A stretch of 64,000 nucleotides of DNA. Source: Squalus acanthias (Eukaryota). Below the pieces are notes generated by a model. It was not told where the DNA came from, did not search any database, and worked only from the letters and a program-made list of their open reading frames with translations. The stretch's first letter is position 1. Each line of letters starts with the position of its first letter. Positions 1 to 11,611 of this stretch are shown here, piece by piece. The DNA lies in NCBI GenBank assembly GCA_030390025.1, contig CM059433.1, forward strand, positions 22,632,001 through 22,696,000. The letters run 5' to 3'. Both the position numbers and the translations under genes were made by a program.

Positions 1-2069
1 TGACCAAGGCTGGGAATTCAACATCCAGGGGTATTCAATATTCAGGAAGGACAAGCAAAAAGGAAAAGGAGGTGGGGTAGCATTGCTGGTTAAAGAGGAG
101 ATTAACACAATGGTAAGGAAGGATATTAGCTCTGATGATGTGGAACCTGTGTGGGTAGAGCTGAGAAATACCAAGGGGCAGAAAACATTAGTGGGAGTTG
201 TATACAGACCCCCAAACACTAATGCTGAGGTTGGGGATGGCATTAAACAGGAAATTCGAGACGCGTGCAATAAGGGCACAGCAGTTATCATGGATGACTT
301 TAATCTACATATAGATTGGGCTAACCAAATTACTAACAATACTATGGAGGAGGAATTCCTAGAGTGTATACGGGATGGTTTCCTGGACCAATATGTCGAG
401 GAACCAACTAGAGATCAGGCCATCTTAGACTGGGTATTATGTAATGAGAAAGGATTGATTAGCAATCTTGTTGTGCGAGGCCCCTTGGGGAGGAGCAATC
501 ATAATATGATAGAATTCTTCATTAAGATGGAGATTGAAGTAGTTGACTCAGAGACTGGGGTCCTGAATTTAAATAAAGGAAACTACGATGGTATGAGGCG
601 TGAGTTGGCTAGGATGGTTTGGGGAATGTTACTTAAAGGGTTAATGGTGGATAGGCCATGGCAAACATTTAAACATGGCATGGATTGAACTACAGAATTT
701 GTTCATCCCTGTCTGGCATAAAAATAAAAAAAAGGGTGGCGTAACCGTGGGTAACAAGGGAAAGTAGGGATAGCATAAGATCCAAGGAGAGGACATATAA
801 ATTGGCCAGAAAAAAGCAGCAAACCTGAGGATTGGGAGCAGTTTAGGATTCAGCAAAGGAGGACAAAAGGATTAATTAAGAGGGGGGAAATAGAGTATGA
901 GAGTAAGCTTGCAGGGAATGTAAAAACTGACTGTAAAAGCTTCCATAGATATGTGAAGAGAAAAAGATTGGTGAAGTCAAGCGTAGGTCCCTTGCAGTCA
1001 GAATCACGGAAATTTATAATGGGGAACAAAGAAGTGGCTGACCAATTAAATACATACTTTGGTTCTGTCTTCACAAAGGAGGACAAAAATAACCTCCCAG
1101 AGATGTCGGGGAACAAAGAGTCTAATGAGAGGGAGGAACTGAATGAAATCAGTATTTGTAGGGAAATGGTGTTAGGGAAATTGACGGGATTAAAGGCCGA
1201 TAAATCCCCAGGGCCTGATAATCTACATCCTAGGGTACTTAAGGAAGTGGCCCTAGAAATAGTAGATGCGTTGCTGATCATGGCAGATGCAGTATAATGT
1301 GGATAAATGCGAGGTTATCCACTTTGGTGGCAAAAACAGGAAGGCAGATTTTTATCTGAACGGCAATAGATTGGGAGAAGGGGAAGTGCAACGAGACCTG
1401 GGTGTCCTTGTGCACCAGTCGCTGAAGGTAAGCATGCAGGTGCAACAGGCGGTTAAGAAGGCAAATAGTATGTTGGCCTTCATAGCGAGAGGATTCGAGT
1501 ACAGGAGTAAGGATGTCTTGCTACAGTTGTACAGGGCATTGGTGAGACCACACCTTGAGTATTGTGTGCAGTTTTGGTCGCCTTATCTGAGGAAGGATGT
1601 TCTTGCCATGGAGAGAGTGCAGCGAAGATTCACCAGACTGATACCTGGGATGGCAGGAATGACGTATAAGGAGAGATTGGGTCGATTTGACTTATATTCG
1701 CTGGACTAGACAGACTAGATGCAGGAAGGATGTTCCCGATGGCGGGGGAGTCCAGAACCAGGGGTCGCAGTCTAAGGATAAGGGGTAAGCCATTTAGGAC
1801 AAAGATGAGGAGGAATTTCTTCACCCAGAGAGTGGTGAACCTGTGGAATTCTCTACCACAAAAGGCAGTTGAGGCCAATTCATTAAATATATTCAAGAAG
1901 GAGTTAGATATATTTCTTAAGGATAAAGGGATCAAGGGATATGGGGAGAAAGCAGGGACAGGGTACTGAATTTGGATAATCAGCCATGATCTCATTAAAT
2001 GGCGGAGCAGGCTTGAGGGGCCAAATGGCCTACTCCTGCTCCTAACTTCTATGTTTCTATGTTTCTATG
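1..2069 (+). mobile_element. CR1 LINE (HER1-like), ORF2 endonuclease plus RT C-terminus, RT core deleted, 5' end runs off the window
   Basis: APE motifs (VVYRPP, DFN, ILDWVL) in ORF 83-688; [25 protein letters not shown]; 3' tail ttctatgtttctatgtttctatg ending near 2069. At about 1278 it jumps over roughly 660 bp that are present in the copy at 7072-7737. Confidence 0.95.
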
Positions 2070-3141
2070 CTTACTTTGAGCTTCATTGGAACAGTTTAAG
2101 AGGCCGAGAACGGTGAGGTCTGAGTGGGAGTGGAGCGGAGAATTAAAGTGACAGGCGACCGGTATCTCGGGGTCCCCCTTACGGACTGAACGGAGGTGTT
2201 CCGCAAGGTGGTCACCCAATCTGCGTTTGGTCTCCCCAATGTAGAGGAGACCGCATCGTGAGCAGCGAATACAGTATACTAAATTGCAAGAAGTACAAAT
2301 AAATCGCTGTTTCACCTGGAAGGAGTATTTGGGGCCCTGGACAGTGGGAAGGGAGGAGGTAAAAGTGCATGTATTGCATCTCCTGCGCTTGCACGGGAAG
2401 GTGCTGGGCGAAGGGGTAGGGGTGTTGCGAGTGATAGAGGAGTGGACCATGGTGTCGCAGAGGGAGCGGTCCCTTCGGAATGCTGAAAGGAGAGGTGAGG
2501 GGAAGATGTGTTTGGTGGTGGGATCATGCTGGAGGTGGCGGAAATGGCGGAGGATAATCCATTGAATGTGAAGGCTGGTGGGGTGAAAGGTGAGGACAAG
2601 GGGAACCCTATCGTGGTTCCGGGAGGGTGGGGAAGGGGTGAGAGCAGAAGTGCGGGAAATAGAACCGACATGGTCAAGGGCCATGTCAACCATAGTAGAG
2701 GGGAATCCTCGGTTGAGGAAAAAGGATGACATGTCGGAAGCACTAGTATGGAAGGTGGCATCGTCAGTGCAGATGCAGCGGAGACGGAGAAACTGGGAGA
2801 ATGGAATAGAGTCCTTACAGGAAGCGGGGTTGGAGGAAGTGTAATCCAGGTAGCTGTGGGAGTCAGTGGGTTTGTAGTGAATGTTTGTCAATAGCTTATC
2901 ACCAGAGATGGAGACAGAGAAGTCGAGGAAGGGAAGGGAAGAGTCGCAGATGGACCATGTGAAGGCGAGGGAAGGGTGGAAATTGGAAGCAAAGTGAATG
3001 AAATTTTCTAGTTCAGGGCGAGAGCAGGAAACAGCACCGATACAGTCATCAATGTACCAGAAAAAGAGGTGAGGGAGGGGACCTGAGTAGGACTGGAACA
3101 AAGAATGTTCCACATATCCCACAAAAAGGCAGGCATAGCTA
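2070..3141 (-). mobile_element. Penelope-like retroelement fragment: RT C-terminus plus GIY-YIG endonuclease
   Basis: ORF 2049-3122 has YIDD, FLD, YKPTD...YL and VYCIRCSRCGLLYIGETKRRL...EH (GIY-YIG), open for about 350 codons. Its 3' end abuts the CR1 tail. Confidence 0.92.
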
Positions 3142-3874
3142 GCTTAAGAGGCATCACAGTGCCCAAAAAACAAGCGCTACAGAGCCCAATTTCACCCCCG
3201 CAGCATTTAAACCAGGAAGAAGGAATTAGAATATTTAATGAATTGTAAAATTATTTACAGAAAGCAAAATAAGGAGAGGGAAAGAAAGATGGGATTAAGA
3301 GAGATAAAAAAAGTCAGAAAGAAAAAGTTTTTAAAAAATGATTATAATTTTTAAATGTTTATATCTCCATCAATAATTAAAGGAATGAGTCGCCACAATT
3401 GTAAAATTACATTTTCAGGGCCAGGGAGGTTGTTTGGCTGTAATTATGACTTATCATGCCGTTAAAAATTCACTTACACCTGAATACACCAGCCCTAACT
3501 TTTTCTGCTGTGTTTAGCGGGCAACTAATGGGTAAGTAAAACAACTTCATGCCTTTACATGAATTTCAATGCCGAGTCTGTCGGCGAGGTATCGGTGCAG
3601 CGCAGCTTGTGAAGGAGCAGGGTAACTCGGACAGCAACTTTCTGGATTTAACTGTGCATGTGCAGACTCCGGAAGTTGCTGACCAATTTACTCCATAATA
3701 ACGGTGAGCGCTGATAGCCTCGCCGTTATTCTTAATGCAAAATCCAGGCCATTATAAAGGTGACTCTCTTATGCTTTCTAAAATCTGTTTAGTGCAGTTA
3801 ATTATTGCACTATTATAGCTGACTAAGCTTAGCTAGGGTAATGTTCTCACTCAGTTTAACACGTAAATCTACAA

Positions 3875-4001
3875 GTGGAGGCTGGTGGGGTGAAAGGTGA
3901 GGACAAGGGGAACCCTATTGTGGTTCCGGGAGGGAGGGGAAGGGGTGAGAACAGAAGTGCGGGAAATAGAATGGACACGGTCGAGGGCCGTGTCAACCAT
4001 T
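3875..4001 (-). mobile_element. Short Penelope-like fragment of the same family as 2070-3141
   Basis: Near-identical to about 2567-2695 (encodes MVD.ALD.V.SISRTS.LTPSPPSRNH.RVPLVLTFHPTSLH). Confidence 0.85.
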
Positions 4002-5279
4002 GTGTACGGCAGAAGGCTAAGAAAATGCACCAACATGGAAACCCATGCAAAGGTTGTCTCCTTTTTCTCATTTATCCTGTTGCGAGTTTCCAATAGCTGT
4101 TATGATCTCTGCAAATTTGCAGCAGCCTTTGCTTCTTTTGTTTGCCTCTTCTTTTTGTGAGGTGTTAACACCTGCTGAAAGGCAGAGCAAATTGCACAAG
4201 ACAATTTAAGTAAAAATGGGGAAAATTGCATGTATGGCCCATTTTTGTACTGGCATGCCCTCTCATCAAAGAATTCAATAGAAAAAAATGACTGTCAAGC
4301 AGAGTATTGCCCCAGAGCAACCTGAAGTAAAACATTTAACATAGTGTGAATGTAATCTGCAGTAATAATTAAATTAGAAAATGGCATTCTGGTGGTGCAA
4401 GGTGCATCTGACTGTTTCAGAACACTTATCAAGTCTGATACAAAAGTAAATCAGACCCAGGTCACTTAAACTCAGCATGTGTTCTTTTATAATATAAACC
4501 AGTATATTGAGTACATCGGAAACAGAATCATAAAACTAAATGAAACTGTCAGCAATTTCTAAGTTTCTGTTCTGCACTTAAAATTATTCATTCTGTGCTA
4601 GTGATCATTGATCAATATTAAATAGTCCAAACTGGGCCAGAATTTAGGTATCTGGGAAAATCTAAATTTTGGTCCAATATAACAGTTAAAGGCAGATTTT
4701 AGATCTGTTTGAATCTGCGGTCATTTGTTTCACATGGATTCGCAGGCGATGACCTTTCATCAGCAAGTCTCCATCCTCTGGGTGTTTCCAGACGGCAGGT
4801 TGATGACCACAGTGTTGTTGGCAGCTGGAATATATTGACTCAGGTAGTTGACTGGCCATGTTAAAGTACTTTTATTATTTGATAGATTGTCCCTGCACTC
4901 CAATTGGGAAATGGAGGATTATAAAAGAATTGTTTTGGTGGTTCGTGTACCTTGGTAGTCTTATTGGGGAATATGTCAGAGTTCCCTGAAAGTCTACTGA
5001 GTGCATGTTCATTAGTGGGGGAGTATTTTAATGTTCTGGTATTTTAGAAAGCCTTTTGCCCACATAGTCACTGATCATTTTGACCAAATGTTAAATACAG
5101 GGATAGAAATTCTCGATAGCACATAGTTTGAGTGGGAACAGTGCAATGTGATTGCTATTGGTAACTTCGTTCATTTGACTATTTCTGCACAAAATTTGCC
5201 AAATTATCTTATCTGTGTTATCTTATGCCCATGTTACATGCTACCTGTACAGCTGTCAGAAACTTAAATGACTTTTAAA

Positions 5280-5640
5280 GGGCTGGATTCTCACCTGTAA
5301 GACAAAAAAAAGAGGTGCAGCGATGCCAACTTCCTGCAAACTGAATGGTTGACAGATGCTTTGCTCAAAGTCCTGTTGGGTAAAGTTAAAGACAAGAGCG
5401 CTGTATGCTTGGTCACTGAAAGTGAATCTCCCACCATTGAGAAGAATGATCCAACAAGTCTGGTAGCAGATAGCTAACAGGATGAATGCCGTCAGTCAAG
5501 TCGAGAAGACCTGGTAGGCTTGAGGAAAGTTGGGAAGATAAGGCCACCTGGCGGTTGTAAGTAGCTGCCCAAGTATGTTTGCCACCAAGTGTTTCATCAT
5601 AACTTGTTAAACTTTGACTGCTGCCTTAGGCAAAGCACAC
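5280..5640 (+). pseudogene. Very decayed Harbinger Myb/SANT gene relic
   Basis: Traces of D.LLKVLLGKVKDK...W.QIANRMNAVSQVEKTW, resembling the Myb exon at 9482; many stops. Confidence 0.4.
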
Positions 5641-8600
5641 AAGTAAGGAAAATTGCATATATGAACCACAAACAATGACGGACAGGAAAAGACCCTCAGG
5701 TCCATCTAGCCTGTCCCACACAATTGTGATACCTTGTGGGGGGAAACAAACCTGGGAAATTCCTCTCTGACTCCCCTAGGTGATCAAGACTAGTCCAAGA
5801 GATCACTCTGGCCCAGATCAGGACTTTATATTCCTTTGCATGATAATGATGCGTGAGGCAAGGCACAAATACAAGCACAACTTCTATCTGAAACTTTTAA
5901 CACACTGATATCTTAGAGGCTTTGTATAGCAAATCCTTCTCTTACAACCAAGCTGCATGATGCATTTTCACATATAATGGGTTGAATGATGGACATTTGT
6001 GTGTCCCTGTATGTCATCTTTAAACTTACAACATATTGGCCCCGCTCTTGACTGGGGTGTGTTTTGTGAGTGGGTGGAGGAGTTTTGACTCCATGGCATG
6101 TGACTTTTGTTTCCAGCAGGCTCCCTGCCCGGAAGCTAACCTGATTGACAGGCTTGGCTCCCTGTTGGGCGGGAAAACTACGGAGGAGGCCTCAGCCCAG
6201 GAGCAGGTAGAGAGAGAGCCTGTTGCTGGGTTACATAAAAATATAAGAACATAAGAAATAGGAGCAGGAGTAGGCCATTTGGCCCTTCAAGGCTGCTCCG
6301 TTTTTCAATAAGATCATGGCTGATCTTCTACCTCATCTCCACTTCCCTGCACTATCCCCATATCCCTTGATTCCCTTAGTCTTAAGAAATATATCTAACT
6401 CCTTCTTGAATATATTTAATGAATTGGCCTCAACTGCCTTCTGTGGTAGAGAATTCCACAGGTTCACCAATCTCTGGGTGAAGAAATTCCTCCTCATCTC
6501 AGTCCTAAATGGCTTACCCCTTATCCTTAGACTGTGACCCTGGTTCTGCAGTCCCCCGCCATCGGGAACAGCCTTCCTGCATCTAGTCTGTCCAGTCCTG
6601 TTAGAATTTTATAAGTTTCAATGAGATCCCCTCTCATTCTTCTAAACTCGAGCGAATATAAGCCTAATCGACCCAATCTCTCTTCATACGTCATTCCTGC
6701 CATCCCAGGTATCAGTCTGGTGAATCTTCGCTGCACTCCCTCCATGGCAAGAACATCCTTCCTCAGATAAGGCAACCAAAACTGCACACAATACTCAAGG
6801 TGTGGTCTCACCAAGGCCCTGTACAACTGCAGCAAGACATCCTTGCTCCTGTACTCGAATCCTCTCGCTATGAAGGCCAACATACCATTTGCCTTCTTAA
6901 CCGCCTGTTGCACCTGCATGCTTACCTTCAGCGACTGGTGCACAAGGACACCCAGTCTCGTTGCACTTCCCCTTTGCCCAATCTATTGCCGTTCAGACAA
7001 TAATCTGCCTTCCTGTTTTTGCCACCAAAGTGGATAACCTCGCATTTATCCACATTATACTGCATCTGCCATGCATCTGCCCAATCACCCAACCTGTCCA
7101 AATCATACTGGAGTTTCTCGGCATCCTCCTCACAGCACACACGCCCACCCAGCTTTGTGTCGTCTGCAAACTTGGAGATATTACATCTCATTCCCTCGTC
7201 TAGATCATTAATATATATTGTGAATAACTGGGGTCCTAGCACCGATCACCCCACTAGTCACTGCCTGCCACTCGAAAAAAGACCCGTTTATTCCAACTCT
7301 TTGCTTCCTGTCTGCCAACCAGTTTTCTATCCAAGTCAGTACCTTACCCCCAATCCCATGTGCTTTAACATTACACGCTAATCTCTTATGCAGGACCTTA
7401 TCGAAAGCCTTCTGAAAGTCCAAATACACCACATCCACTGGTTCTCCCTTATCTATTCTACCAGTTACATCCTCAAAAAATTCCAGTAGATTAGTCAAGC
7501 ATGATTTACCTTTTGTAAATCCATGTTGACTTTGTTCGATCCTGTCACTCTTTTCCAAGTGCTCTGCTAGTACATCTTTTATAATGGACTCTAGCATTTT
7601 CCCCACTACCGATGTCAGGCTTATCGGTCTATAATTCCCCGTTTTCTCTCTACCACCTTTTTTAAATAGTGGGGTTACATTAGCTACCCTCCAATCCATG
7701 GGAACTGTTCCAGAGTCTATAGAATTTTGGAAAATGACCAGCAATGCATCTACTATTTCTAGGGCCACTTCCTTAAGTACCCTAGGATGTAGATTATCAG
7801 GCCCAGGGGATTTATTGGCCTTCAATCCTGTCAATTTCCATAACACCATTTCCCTACAAATGCTGATTTCATTCAGTTCCTCCCTCTCATTTGACCCTAT
7901 GTTCCCCGACATCTCTGGGAATTTATTTGTGTCCTCCTTTGTGAAGACAGAACCAAAGTATGTATTTAATTTGTCAGCCATTTCTTTCTTCCCATTATAA
8001 ATTCCCCTGATTCTGACTGCAAGGGACCTATGCTTGGCTTCACCAATCTTTTTCTCTTCACATATCTATAGAAGCTTTTACAGTCAGTTTTTATGTTCCC
8101 TTCAAGCTTACTCTCATACTCTATTTTCCCCCTCTTAATTAATCCCTTTGTCCTCCTTTGCTGAATCCTAAACTGATCCCAATCCTCAGGTTTGCTGCTT
8201 TTTCTGGCCAATTTATATATCCTCTCCTTGGATCTTATGCTATCCCTAATTTCTCTTGTTAGCCACGGTTGAGTCACCTTTTTTGTTTTATTTTTATGCC
8301 AAACAGGAATGAACAAATTCTGTAGTTCATCCATGCGATCTTTAAATGTTTGCCATTGCCCATCCACCGTCAACCCTTTAAGTAACATTCCCCAATCCAT
8401 CCAAGCCAACTTGCGCCTCATACCATCGTAGTTTCCTTTATTTAAATTCAGTACCCTAGTCTCTGAGTCAACTACTACTTCAGTCTCCATCTTAATGAAG
8501 AATTCTATCATATTATGATCGCTCCATCCCAAGGGGCCTCGCACAACAAGATTGCTAATTAATCCTTTCTCATTTCATAATACCCAGTCTAAGATGGCCT

Positions 8601-9481
8601 GATCTCTAGTTGGTTCCTCGACATATTGCTCCAGGAAACCATCCCGTATACACTCTAAGAATTCCTCCTCATAGTATTGTTACTAATTTGGTTAGCCCAA
8701 TCTATATGTAGATTAAAGTCACCCATGATATCTGCTGTGCCCTTATTGCACGCATCTCTAATTTCCCGTTTAATGCCATCCCCAACCTCAGCATTACTGT
8801 TTGGGGGTCTGTATACAACTCCCACTAACGTTTTATGCCCCTTGGTATTTCTCAGCTCTACCCATACAGATTCCACATCATCAGAGCTAATATCCTTCCT
8901 TACTATTATGTTAATCTCCTCTTTAACCAGCAATGCTACCCCACCTCCTTTTCCTTTTTGCCTGTCCTTCCCGAATATGAATACCCCTGGATGTTGAATT
9001 CCCAGCCTTGGTCACCCTGGAGCCATGTCTCCGTAATCCCAATGATATCATATCCATTTACATCTATTTGCGCAGCTAATTCATCCACCTTATTATGAAT
9101 GCTCCTCGCATTAAGACACAAAGGGGGAAAAATTAGGTCGCGCCCCGTTTGGGGCGCAAATATCGTCTGGACGCAAAAATTAGCGCCTGGCGCTAATTAT
9201 CGCCACTGACTGGAAACTTCACTTTTACCGCCCCGGGAGGTGAGTGGAGCGCTAAATCAGGCACTGCACACCTGTCTTAAGGTGCAAAGGCCGAGCAGTG
9301 AGGCGCTAACTCAGCGCGCGAGCGCAGCGCAGCTGCTGCCAGTTAGCGAGGGAACACAGACACACTGGCGCCGGCCAGTTCTTAAAGGGGGGGGGGCCAA
9401 CTTGCTCCCCAGCCACACCCTGCTCATTGCAGCCTTGAATCTCGGCCTGGAGAGACCTGTGAATCCATTTTGCTGCCAAGG

Positions 9482-11299
9482 ATGGAGAGGGTGAGAGAAC
9501 GAGCTCAGCGCTTCACCGAGCGGGCCTTGGATGCTCTGGTTGGCGCGGTGGAGCGCAGAAGATCTATACTCTTCCCTGAGAGTGGCAGGAGGCTTTGCCA
9601 CGCGAGTACAGAAGAGTGTGGAGGGAGGTGGCTCAGAGCGTCTCCTCCAGGAGCATGGTGCCCAGGACCCATGTTCAATGCCGCAAAAAGTTCAACGACC
9701 TCACTCGGGTCGTCAGGGTGAGTGGCTTTTTCTCACTACCTCTCCATCCCTCCATCTCAACCTCACTCTATGGCCAGAGGGTCTTAAAACCCCAATGCAC
9801 AACACTCATCCAACACCTATGGCCCTTTCATGAAACACACACACACATTCCACACTTTGCATACAGTAAGGGCTATTCACCTCTGGGAGGCACATCAGGC
9901 AAGACCATGGCTGCATACAGTAAGGGCTATTCACCTATGGGAGGCACATCAGGCAAGACCATGGCTGTATATTTACTCAGATGCTGTCCTTTTTCTTGCA
10001 GGCCAAGCTGGCACATAATAGGAGACAGCAGCAACGGACAGGTGGAGGGCGGCCTCAGCTGCAACCCCTCAGCGATCTTGAGGAGCGCGTCCACAGGATT
10101 GTGGCAAGCCGGGTGATCGGTCCCGTCGCCACTGGAGACGCCGACCCCGTTCTGGACAGCAATGGTAAGGTCATCACCTTTTTGTCCTCTGTCCTTCCAC
10201 TTGTCCCTCACAACACCAGCCTTTGACACTTTCAATCCAACTTGCTAACTCGCTGCACTTATTCCTCCCTTACTGCCACCCTGTCCTCACGCTAAAGCCA
10301 CTCTTGTACCTCCCTGCTTTCAGATGGGGATTCACCAGCTGAGGAGACGGGCCCTGAAGCTGCCAGTGGGAGTGAAGCTGCAGCCGAGGAGGAAGAGGAA
10401 GCCGGAGCATCAGTGCCACCCTCTCCCGAGGAAGCCCATGCCCACACTGGGAACACGCCTTCCCTGGAGGGGAGCAGGGGGGAAGGGTCTGATGAGGGTG
10501 AAGCTCCAGGACCCAGCGGGCTGCAGCAACGCCATGGGGTAGGGAAGAACGGGGACCTTCTCCCCAGAGGGAGAGTATGCCAGCGACTCCTACTGCAATG
10601 GACGCAGAGGAGGAGCGGCTGATCGCAGAAATGAACACCCAGGCGGTGGGCATGCACACTGAGCTCATGGGTGCAGTGGGAAGGGTGCCCGAATGCATTG
10701 AGTCACTGGCAAGGAGTGTGGAGCACTTCGCTGTAGCACAGGCGGATGCCACACTAAAGCTTAGTGCTGCAATTCAGTCACTGACTGCCGTGATCCCATC
10801 TCTGACTGCTCTCATGCAGACTCAGATTGAGGCCACGCGAGCACTGACTGCTGCCAACCTCGATGGTTCGTTCACATGTCCCCGGGGCTCTCACCGCGCC
10901 GCAGCAGGCCAGCAATCTGTGCTCCAGCAGTTCGCTCCGGATGCTGAAGTGCTGCCCCGTGGGAGTGCCAGTGTGTCGGTCGAGCAGGGAGTTGCTGTCC
11001 TCTCTCACGATGACAGCATTCCTGCTGCCAACACTGTCACTTCTCCACTGCACTTGCCACCGCCTGTAGGACAGACTGCTGCCGCCCATGCAGAGTTGGT
11101 GCAGTCTGCAGCCGGGCCCTCCAGGCCCAGAACTGGTCGAGGCCGTCCTTCAGGGGCATCTGCAGTGTCAGGGTCTGACAATCAGCAGCCTTCCACCAGC
11201 CTTGCTGCAGCCACTGAGGTCCCATTACGGAGGAGCAGTAGGGTTAGAAGGGGGGAAGTGCGCAACGGAAGGAGATCACCCTCGAAGGGCAAAAAGTAG
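9482..11299 (+). pseudogene. Harbinger Myb/SANT-like DNA-binding protein gene, 3 exons (9482-9717, 10002-10164, 10324-11299), two 1-bp frameshifts
   Basis: MERVRERAQRFTERALDALV...WREVAQSVSSRSMVPRTHVQCRKKFNDL is a Myb/SANT-like (trihelix) motif. GT-AG sites gtgagt 9718, ttgcag 10001, gtaagg 10165 and tttcag 10323 keep the frame. Frameshifts at about 9594 and 10537 are inferred by comparison with the sister copy. Confidence 0.88.
9858..9965 (+). repeat. 54-bp tandem duplication in intron 1 of the Harbinger Myb gene
   Basis: tgcatacagtaagggctattcacct(c/a)tgggaggcacatcaggcaagaccatggc occurs twice. Confidence 0.95.
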
Positions 11300-11611
11300 G
11301 AGGTGTGACAAAATGCTGGTCATTTTTTTATTAAAGGCCGAGGTTCGTGGTCCAACTTTTGTCTAGTGTTTTGGACATTATCTCCAGGTTGTGAGAACCA
11401 GTTATGTTAATGACTGTTTTTTTGTGTTTATTTCTATGAGTTTGTCATGAGGAAATGACACACACAGAGTTTGTAAAATAAATAAGTTTTTGTATTCAAA
11501 ATATACATGTTTGGTGTTTGGAATCATTGGTGCCTTGGCCGGCTTAGGGGTTGCGTGCTGGGTTCATTGATGTTGTTTGCAATGGCAGAAGCCATTTCCA
11601 CAGCAGGGGCC

